Made by a program: the position numbers and the translations under genes | DNA from: Ginkgo biloba | Taxonomy: Eukaryota > Plantae > Ginkgophyta | Reading direction: 5' to 3' | Assembly: GCA_024626585.2 (NCBI GenBank) | Contig: JANKJI020000002.1 | Span: 5,406,023-5,426,216 of the forward strand | Length of the DNA stretch: 20,194 nucleotides | The notes under the pieces: generated by a model | Seen by the model: the letters and a program-made list of their open reading frames with translations, nothing else | Database searches by the model: none | Told to the model about the DNA's origin: nothing | Shown: positions 1-8,499 of the stretch, in pieces | How positions within the stretch are numbered: position 1 is the first letter of the stretch | How the letters are laid out: every line of letters begins with the position of its first letter

Positions 1-89
1 GTAACGACCACACTTATTTGACCTACTAAAACCTATCTTCTTCCTATATATATTAGAATAATATGGAGAATAAGTTATGGAATTATACT

Positions 90-640
90 TGGACTTTCCC
101 TTGATTAAGTCTTGTTCCTATCCTAGTTCTTGTAGGTATGCTTATAGGCCTCCTTAATAAAATATAGAGGAGAAAGATCAAACTCATGTTGATGTTGATT
201 ATGAATCCTACCTATAAATTTAAGTAGTATCTTATCTATAAGTTCCTTAATGTATAACCTAATATATGGTTTCTTATATTTCTCATATTAATTCTCCAAA
301 TACTATCCTAACTTTTAATAAATATACTAATACTTGAGATAGAGGTAATGCTCATACCCAAAGGATAGAATTTCCTTTTCAATTCCTCCTTAAAATAAAT
401 CCAATATGATAAAGAAGGATTTACCCCTTGTTCATGTTGCCTATGAAAATACTCCCACCAATAAATATCCTTCTTGGACATCTTCAAATAGGAAAATATG
501 ATAATTTATAAATCTTTATAAGACTAACATAAAAATTATACTTCTAAGGCCTACATCCATGTATCTAAATATTTGATGTTCATCTTGAAATAAAATAAAT
601 TTACCTCAACCTTTCACTCTACCTATAATGGGTTCTATCC
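90..640 (-). mobile_element. Degenerate Ty3/gypsy LTR-retrotransposon gag (capsid) remnant
   Basis: Manual minus-strand translation, with stops and a frameshift, reads KVEVNLFYFKMNIKYLDTWM*ALEV*FLC*SYKDL*IIIFSYLKMSKKDIYWWEYFHRQHEQGVNPSLSYWIYFKEELKRKFYPLG then YEHYLYLKY...KILLKFIGRIHNQHQHEFDLF. This matches the Retrotrans_gag pattern (LDxW..LE.YF; WWE...W..FK.EL.K.FYPLG). Ends are approximate. Confidence 0.75.
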
Positions 641-1061
641 AAATGGTTCCTACATAATATAATAAGAAAGAGAACTAATATTTCAAGAAGAATTACATAT
701 TGATATTAAATAAGGGGTTTGAGGATAAATCATCACTAGTAGAGGGACCATCAAATAAGTAATGCTATAAAAGGTGATCTAAGCCTATAAGTTTTGAATA
801 ACTATAAAAAATCAACTTAAAGTATCATTAATCTCTTGTCTTATTCTCTATTAATTTATATTTCCTAAGCTTTATGCTTAATGGTTGCCTCTAGAAAATT
901 TTCTAAATCACTTAGATAAACAATCTTGTTGTCTTTAGATTATGGATGGATAATGAATGGTATCTCTATTAGCAATAAAATCTACATTATTTCTTCTATT
1001 AAGGCCTCCTCATAGTTCNNNNNNNNNNNNNNNNNNNNNNNNNNNNNNNNNNNNNNNNNNN

Positions 1062-1620
1062 AGATCTAGTGGAAACCATAAAATGGAAACAAAAACTTAT
1101 AAAAAGTAGATAAAAAATGTAATATGTTCTTCTAACCCAAAAAAGCATCTAATATTTGATACTAATTTGTGTAAACTTGATGGATAAATCTAATGGTGTC
1201 TCCTTTAGATATGTGGAAGTGTTTGATAAAAATTAAGGATAAAATATTTTACTCCTAGATCAACTTGCAAAATAAGTTCTATATGCCTAGGCCAAACCTA
1301 GTTATCCCTATTTGTGAATAAATACTATGTCCAATATTAATTTCATCACCTAGGGAAAAGGGCATAGTGTCTTTCAGTATTCTACAACCTTTTCTACTTG
1401 TATGATTCATTTTATTAAAGGAGACACCATCAATTTATCCTATAACCCACAATGTCAAAAGGAATTTTTTTAACTCATGGAATATTTCACATAGACTAAT
1501 TCTATAACTTGATAGGATCTTCCAATACCTACACATGCATTCATGATTCTTAAATACTATGATTTCTTAATAACATAATTTCATAAAAGAATAAATAAAC
1601 TCCGTAGAAGATTTAAACAA
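1062..1620 (-). mobile_element. Possible very decayed gypsy reverse transcriptase/connection remnant
   Basis: Minus-strand fragments FIYSFMKLCY*EIIVFK (compare FVVVYLDDILIFS) and IRCFFGL (compare VRSFLGL) occur in the expected order. Catalytic residues are not preserved. Confidence 0.3.
1182..1440. repeat. Imperfect ~25-bp inverted repeat (1182-1207 / 1416-1440)
   Basis: GGATAAATCTAATGGTGTCTCCTTTA at 1182-1207. The reverse complement of 1416-1440 is GGATAAATTGATGGTGTCTCCTTTA. Confidence 0.85.
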
Positions 1621-2415
1621 TAAATAATATCTTATATTATGTTCTCCATAATGAATAAATGCAAAGTGTACAATATAAGTAGATGGATTATTTTATATGA
1701 ATACCATCACTAACAATAGAAACATGCCCATAAAAGAGTATAATATCATGCAATCCATGAACAATAATAGAAACATGAATGTTCATGAGGCAATAGGTCA
1801 AGAAATCCATATAACTATCCATACAATCATAGACTTGGTGTCCATGCAAAGAGACTATAATTGGTAATTACATCAATGGTGGAGATCATTCTATATATTA
1901 TGGGAAAATACAATGATGAATAAAAACTCGTAATTAATAAACAAGAATTAATAAAAAAATCCTTACAAATAATTCCTCATGTTCATGTGTTTCGTATATA
2001 TTAGAACCCTTTTGCCCATATGTTAGGCCCCTTTGTTAAATAATATAAATCATGAAAAGATTTTTGTGTAAACCTATAACCGTAATATTGGATAAAAACA
2101 TGCATTATCATAATAATCACTATAATAATTTCAAATAATATTCAAAAGCATAATCTCATTCAAATGAAGCATAACATAAATGAGATAATAATACCTAATG
2201 AGGAAATAAGGGTGTAATATTATATTTCTAGGTTATGTGAGTGAATATAAATATTTCATTACTTAAGGGATAAGAAATCCAATATGAGGTCAATATGATC
2301 CATCCAATCTTGCACATTTTTTAGATGCCTCTCTTTACAACATTTGAGATAATTAAGAGAGTATTTAGAAATGAATAACTTTAAAATAATGATTAAACAT
2401 CATATTATTTTAACA

Positions 2416-2530
2416 CCCCTTATTTATGTTTAATCTCAACACACTAAGGGATGATTTATGTCTCTCAAATTTATCCTTCTCTAATTTCTTGGTGAAGATA
2501 TATGTAGTTTGGTAATTTTTAGGGAAAAAT
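2416..2530 (-). mobile_element. Ty1/copia pol C-terminus (RNase H end) and polypurine tract; 3' LTR probably starts at 2415 and runs leftward
   Basis: Minus strand reads YQTTYIFTKKLEKDKFERHKSSLSV (compare copia Q.ADIFTK.L....FE..R..LGV). It is followed by AATAAGGGG and then TGTTAAAA, i.e. a PPT abutting a TG LTR start. Confidence 0.7.
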
Positions 2531-3277
2531 TATTCATATTTATCCATTGTGGATGATGGTTCATTGTTCCAATCTAATTTTGTTATTATATTATGCCATT
2601 ATGTAGTCTTCTATTATGGTGCAATAGCTTCTCATCTAACATGGGAAAAATTCTCCATTCTTTATTAGTAGAGGTGCGCACACCTGGTCCTAAAGATGTA
2701 TGCACTTGGTATGTTCCCCACACCCAATACTTGGTTATGGGGTTGATGCACTTCAATTGCATCTAGGATGGACCCCAATGTACCAAGGTTTCACCCAATG
2801 GTGGGGGTCAGGATGCAACTAAACAGAATTCAAAATTTAAAAAAAAGAAAGCAAAAATCTAAAGGAAAATATAATGTTTAANNNNNNNNNNNNNNNNNNN
2901 NNNNNNNNNNNNNNNNNNNNNNNNNNNNNNNNNNNNNNNNNNNNNNNNNNNNNNNNNNNNNNNNNNNNNNNNNNNNNNNNNGAATTACCTCGTTGGATTT
3001 GATCAACTATTTTTTCTACATAATTGACATTAAATCCTCTAACACCAAGTAGGTACATCATTAGGGAGAGAGTTTTATTACATAGTAGTAACCCATTCCT
3101 CTCCTAGACATGCCAAATTCACTACAATTAATTCTAAATGAAAAATCAATGTCAATTTGTCTATAGTTATAATGTAGGTGTTTTGTTAATGAATAGAAAC
3201 ACCACACACTCAATGATGATGATTAAAATTATTATCGAGCTATCACTTGACAACATAGTATATAACAAAAGTTGCTT

Positions 3278-3690
3278 TATATAAAATATTTACACTTGAT
3301 AAAGGGCCCACTTACAAGTAGCCTGCAAGTGAACGAAAGGTACAAAAAGATGACACGGCATCCATAAACTCGTCCACCATTGAACCGCCCACATGTGATT
3401 ACAAGGGAATTAACCATAATAATTAACAACCAAGGTCCAGGTGAAGAGTCGCCTGCAACCCGTCTATAGGTGGACACAAAACCACCTACAAACTGCCACT
3501 GCTACTAGTCGCTTGCACTTGGCCATGCTCTGTCGTTCCTCCCAGTCGATTGCGCTTGAAAATGTAGGTGAGGCACTTCATCTCTCTCACCTACTCCACA
3601 TCCCTACTCTGATCTTTCACCTGCAAATGCCCTAAACAAATTGCAAGCAATCACCAATCTAGCTACAAATTTGTCATCAACCCTAAATTG
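3278..3690 (+). promoter_or_regulatory. CpG-rich candidate promoter / first exon (alternatively a LINE 5' UTR)
   Basis: About 10 CpGs in ~3330-3560 against a CpG-poor background. TATATAAA at 3278, GGGCCCA (site II-like) near 3304, strong donor AG|GTGAGG at 3567/3568, and a telo-box-like AACCCTAA near 3679. Confidence 0.35.
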
Positions 3691-3936
3691 GGCATTCACT
3701 GATTCTCTTCTAAAATCTTCACAAAGTTGCCCAAAACTCATCCAGTGGATCCAAACATACAATAACATGGTGCCCGAGTACTACCAATGATGGGGGAATT
3801 TTTACCCCCATCAATTTTCATCATTGAACAATGTCATAAGCAATCTGACATGGTGTTGAGCCATTCCTATCCGAACTTAAACTACCACAATTCTTTTCCA
3901 TTAATACCATAGGGAAAGCAAGACTAGAACATCTAG

Positions 3937-4650
3937 GCAGTCAAAGAATGTAAACCCAAATTTAACTCTTTCAAAGCTACCTTCATGAGTACCATAGCCT
4001 TTGATTGTAGCTAGATCATGGAAATTAAAGAGAGGAGTTTGCTCAAAGCACCATCCAATCCCTACATAGGTCAGATCAGAGACCCCTTTATGAAGATTNN
4101 NNNNNNNNNNNNNNNNNNNNNNNNNNNNNCATAATCTGTTGTGTTAGGCATGGAATGCAAACTCCAATAATTATAATGTACCATCTGAAACTATTTTTCC
4201 TTCCAATACTTTCATATAAGCAATTGTAATGTACGAACTTGCTTGATGGCTAGCCATGTCCAAGCATTCATATTTTGAGCTCACAAATCAAAACTCTTCA
4301 AATTTGTCCCAAACTGCTCTGACAGTGAGGCTTGGTGTTCGTGAAGGAGAAGAAAATATAGAATGATTGACAAAAGAGAGCATAAAACATGCCAACTTTC
4401 AACATGACATGACTTTGTCCTTTCAATATGCAATCCTATAAAAAGAATTGTTAAACAGATCCATATAGGATAATATGACCAAACCACAAGAATGATAAAA
4501 ATACAAATGTAGGGATTCATTTGCTGATAGATATCTGGAGTAGGGTGGGGATTTCTATTTCAAGTACCTTGCATATAACATTTAACTTGGTGACCCACTT
4601 TGCTAGGAACTTTATCTATTCATTGTATTGATTGTGTCCACATATTTAAT
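3937..4650 (+). mobile_element. Possible decayed LINE remnant (ORF1-like and RT-like fragments either side of a gap)
   Basis: 3937-4098 reads AVKECKPKFNSFKATFMST...IGQIRDPFMKI (compare LINE ORF1 W.P.FNP...IG...G.FIKID). About 4589-4645 reads GDPLC*ELYLFIV (compare RT QGDPLSPYLFI). Both matches are weak. Confidence 0.3.
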
Positions 4651-5303
4651 GGACTACTTTTAATTGAACCCAAATTGATATCTTTGGTACCATCCATTCT
4701 TCAATGGTCTATAGTCTTTATTACCACCATGTGTGTGTAATATTCTAGAGATAAGAAATTGCAAGTTTGAGTTGGGCATTGTGGAGCAATAGTTTTTATT
4801 TCAAAGTATTGTTCCACCTTGAGCTTGATGAGATTTTGTGTGCATCATTACCTATCACTTAAGTACGTTAGATTTTGGAACATATTGATAATTAGATACT
4901 TTCACTTGATTCTATTTGTGTATCCTTTACTTATTTTTGTCAAGTATTTATGATGAATGTAAACCTTAATATTTATCAATGAATGCTAACACGTCATTGA
5001 CCATGGATTCCACACTCGGGACCCACATTTAGTTAGCACAACATGTTTGCTTTTATTTTTAGTATTAAATGCCACAATTAATGCCATGAAGAGAGAGATG
5101 CAAGTCGATGGCATGTTACAACATAAAACACTAGTTCATGACTGAGAACGCTAGAAAGTGAGATAAGTAGTGTGATTTTACTCTCTGTAAATATTCCCTC
5201 AAATAGTCCCATTAATCTTCTTCTCAATCAGTAGAAGTATCTCAAGGAAATTTGTAGGAAATCAATGTATAGAACAAGCAACAATCCAAAGTATTATGGC
5301 ATG

Positions 5304-5446
5304 ACCTACTTCTTGAAATCTTTAAACTTTTCAAGAGTTTCTTATTTTTTCTTCAAGAAGTATACCCAAACCTTTCTAGAAAAACCATCAATAAAGGTTA
5401 GGAAATACTTTGCTCCTCCCAATGAAGGAATTTTCATAGGACCACA
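5304..5446 (-). mobile_element. Ty1/copia integrase core fragment (pseudogenised)
   Basis: Minus strand reads [46 protein letters not shown], the canonical copia rve motif (GPM...SLGG..YF.TFIDD.SR..WVYFLK.KSE.F..FK.F). Truncated by the gap at 5447. Confidence 0.92.
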
Positions 5447-5578
5447 NNNNNNNNNNNNNNNNNNNNNNNNNNNNNNNNNNNNNNNNNNNNNNNNNNNNNN
5501 NNNNNNNNNNNNNNNNNNNNNNNNNNNNNNNNNNNNNNNNNNNNNNTTTGGATTATTTTCATCATCTGTAGGTCTTGA

Positions 5579-5619
5579 ATGCCGAAGAGGGTGACACAGG
5601 CATTTGGGAGGACCCCATG
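5579..5619 (+). CDS. Putative first coding exon of an unidentified host gene (MPKRVTQAFGRTP+TG)
   Basis: Acceptor TTTTCATCATCTGTAG ends at 5571, in-frame TGA then ATG at 5579, donor ATG|GTATCT at 5620. The phase-2 end fits the next exon candidate. Confidence 0.4.
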
Positions 5620-5917
5620 GTATCTTAGGAGCAATTTTTGACTCGACGGTTGTATTGCAGAGTGCTCTATTTTATGTTTGGGATTTAAGGCATTTTCATG
5701 CACAAACATATTTTATATCTTTAGCTAGAGAATTTTGATTGGATAAGTTTCCTAATTCCGTGAGTATTTAAAAACCTAATTCTATAGAAGCTTTTCTAGA
5801 ATTCTACAAATTAATATAAATTGTTTGCAAATAAATTCATATAATTGAATGTGCCAGAAATGCTAATTTTTGCATAAAGTAATACAAGTTGTCTTAATGA
5901 CTATGTATGCATGAAAG

Positions 5918-5950
5918 GCTCATACAAAGCAGGGTGACTCCATCTAGATG
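5918..5950 (+). CDS. Putative 33-nt exon ((W)LIQSRVTPSR(W))
   Basis: Weak AAG acceptor at 5915-5917 and donor ATG|GTGATT. Followed by a T-rich 65-nt intron. Phase 2-2 bridges the neighbouring exons without a stop. Confidence 0.35.
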
Positions 5951-6015
5951 GTGATTTTGGTTCATTTATGGTGTTTTATTCTTTCTATAATGCATTGCAT
6001 GATTTATTGTTTTAG

Positions 6016-6076
6016 GAAACCCTTTTGTTACAATGCAGATGAACTTTTGCCCTACTTTAGCAAAATCCCTAGACTG
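6016..6076 (+). CDS. Putative 61-nt exon (KPFCYNADELLPYFSKIPRL)
   Basis: Acceptor TTTATTGTTTTAG ends at 6015, donor CTG|GTGTTT. Open frame ends in phase 0, matching the exon at 12483. Confidence 0.5.
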
Positions 6077-6381
6077 GTGTTTAGGGGCAACATAGCTCAA
6101 TAGTTAGGGATCTATTGGGAGCTGATGGTTATCCTTTATTGATAGAATTCTAAGCCCTTTTGCATGCATTCTTTAGGGATTGATTGGTAGTGGTGTGAAA
6201 GATACTTAGAGATGAGGGTTTGAATTGGTGCTCATGGGTTTTCTCTCAAGATGAATGATTTCATGTTTGTTGGTGTAGTCATAGGGTTTATTGATCACAT
6301 CGACATTTGACTGGTTCTATGGCTTTTGTTGTAGTCATAAGTTTTGTTGACCATACCCATAATTAATATAAATAAATAATC

Positions 6382-6465
6382 ACTAGTGGGGTGGAACCCT
6401 TGGCACCAAGATACCTTAGCAACTAGTGGGGTGGAACTCTAGTTGCTAGGGTATCTTGGTGCCAA
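6382..6465 (-). mobile_element. Probable Helitron 3' terminus, duplicated by a fold-back
   Basis: Minus strand reads CCCTAGCAACTAGAG (short hairpin), TTCCACCCCA, then CTAG|T: the hairpin + ~10 nt + CTRR|T layout typical of Helitron 3' ends. A second GTTCCACCCCACTAG|T copy ends at 6383. Confidence 0.5.
6400..6465. repeat. 27-bp near-perfect inverted repeat with 12-nt loop, overlapping a 16-bp direct repeat
   Basis: Arms are 6400-6426 TTGGCACCAAGATACCTTAGCAACTAG and 6439-6465 CTAGTTGCTAGGGTATCTTGGTGCCAA, with one mismatch (G-U in + strand RNA). ACTAGTGGGGTGGAAC occurs at 6382-6397 and 6422-6437. Confidence 0.95.
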
Positions 6466-7361
6466 ACAGGGGTTGATATAGACCTACGGTTTGGCACCCT
6501 TACTAACATCAAGTTGAGAGATGGAGTCTAATGGATTACTCAGAGCTGCTAGGCGTTGACCATGTGCATTGTTGTCTCATCAAAGGTTTTAGGCAATTTC
6601 CATGCCCAACAAGAGAGGCTAGAGTAAAATTGTCAAAGCCTATCTTAGTACTAATAGTTCCTACTCTAAGACCTTGCATGTACCTATTTTCTACATGCAT
6701 TACCATGAACTAATATAAATAAATACCTGCATATATGTGAGTCATCATCATTGCTCATTATGGTTGTAATTGATATTTTTATCATTGTATGAATGAACAT
6801 GCATATACATCTTTGAATTATCATGGTTATTGCAATGTTTATTGGGAAAACATTCACAGTAAAACAGCCATCCAAGGGTTGGGGACAATCTCCAAAGAAT
6901 GGAATGACAGTCTTGCTGCTCTCACCAACAGGACTGCATTCGAAGTTTTGGGAATGTAGGTCGACAATCTCTGGGATGGAGTCAACTAGATGCATTTATA
7001 AGAACTTGACTAATTATAACACCATTCACAGTTAATGCAAAAGTATAGAATTGCTCATTAAAAGATGCAGAATAACATATCTTTCATTTTGTAAAGTTCA
7101 AATTACAACTGTTATACAGACTTCCTGTTTGAATACCATGAGAGACAAACTAATGGTTGATGAGATTATGTCTTGATTGATTGATGATATTCATGCCATA
7201 ATGGCTGTGCATAAATAGGCATTGAAGTGCACGTTTACATAAGGGTATCAACCCTTCTTAGCTTAATTGTGACACTTTGTAACTAACTACATAATTAATG
7301 TCTTAGTAGTTTGACTAATCTGTGTGTGTTAACTTTGTAGTCTTCATTTGCTTGGCATGAC

Positions 7362-7520
7362 AAATGAACACTAAGACTAGTTGTGAACGGACACTATCCT
7401 CTGTAACTACAAATGAACACCATCTTCTGGTTGTGAACGAACACTATTTTCCTGTTTCTGTAAATGAACACAGTTTGCTGATTGCAAACAAACACTATTG
7501 TTGCCACAAACGGAGACTGA
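7362..7520. repeat. Degenerate ~50-bp tandem repeat (3 copies plus a partial one; ~25-bp sub-period)
   Basis: AAATGAACAC recurs at 7362, 7411 and 7462, each followed by a TTGTGAACGRACACTAT-like motif. Confidence 0.8.
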
Positions 7521-7841
7521 TATTGAGATGATCGCCCTGTATTTGTTGCCACTGCTTGCAATCAGTCTCGAGGTGTCAAAATACCTGCTAACAGAAGATT
7601 TTTAATGTTATTAGCATGCAGGTTTGGAGGAGGGTTATTTCAAGAAACTGGAAGTAACAAATTTAAAACAAGAACAACAACTTTGAGCAAGGGCAATTTC
7701 CATCAAATGCTCTCTAATTGACTCTAGATCTGTTCCATTAAATGCATCTCTAAATGAGCTTTTCAGAAGTATAAGCCGCTTGATTGTTTGAATTTCCAAA
7801 GGAGTTGTGGCACCATTTTTCTAGGTTAGGGTTCTACTGGC

Positions 7842-8181
7842 AGTAGAATTTGAAGAGCAGGCTACCAGAAGCAGTCCAAAGACCCTATAAAGGGAATAGA
7901 TTTACAATAACTTTGCTGAGGAGACGATTTGAAGACCAAAGTGGTCAAGGAGGCACTAAAATTGTTGGAAGCAAACATGACAAGGATTGGAAATCCTATT
8001 GGTAAACAATAATCATACAATAAGTTTAGTAGGTCTCTTTGGTATCTTTATCATGCAACATCATTTGGTCATAAAGTAGAAGAAATCTATACATTGGATA
8101 TGGGAGCTTGATGGACTAAATGGCTTGTTGCTTAGAGGTTGGGCACCTAAGATTGGATGTCATAGTATGGAGACCTAATAG
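7842..8181 (-). mobile_element. LINE ORF2 post-RT fragment, copy 1 (paralogous to 9259-9588)
   Basis: Collinear but diverged match to 9259-9588, sharing AGTAGAATTTGAAGAGCA and GTATGGAGAC.TAATAG. Minus strand reads LLGLHTMTSNLR, resembling the segment after the GGLG motif of plant LINE ORF2. Confidence 0.55.
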
Positions 8182-8499
8182 NNNNNNNNNNNNNNNNNNN
8201 NNNNNNNNNNNNNNNNNNNNNNNNNNNNNNNNNNNNNNNNNNNNNNNNNNNNNNNNNNNNNNNNNNNNNNNNNNNNNNNNNGTGAGAGATGAGTGTAATT
8301 TTATGAATTGAAGATTGAATGTAATTGTGTTGTTTTTGCATCTCAAATTAGTCATTTTGTGTGATTATTGATACATGTGATATTTCATTTGCATGCTTGT
8401 GTTCAAACTCAATGCAGTAATAAAGCTCATAGTTGGGATTTGATACAACTATTATAGCATAGGAAAGATTGAGGATCCATTCTTGGAGAGAGGATAGAC

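Noticed and set aside
1-12. GTAACGACC at the window edge resembling an LTR start (TGTAACGACC)
   Set aside because: Truncated by the window boundary, with no partner LTR or PBS visible.
5265-5594. 109-aa + strand ORF
   Set aside because: Antisense shadow of the copia integrase fragment, and it spans a gap.
5572-5689. Alternative exon reading GLECRRG*HRHLGGPHGILGAIFDSTVVLQSALFYVWDLR with an in-frame TGA (selenocysteine or read-through idea)
   Set aside because: Needs an internal stop and a GC donor, land plants lack selenocysteine machinery, and the ATG-5579 model fits with canonical sites.
6016-6076. Faint resemblance of FCYNADELLPYF to a DNAAF9/C20orf194 segment recalled from memory
   Set aside because: Only a few residues match and the downstream exons do not fit, so no gene name is assigned.
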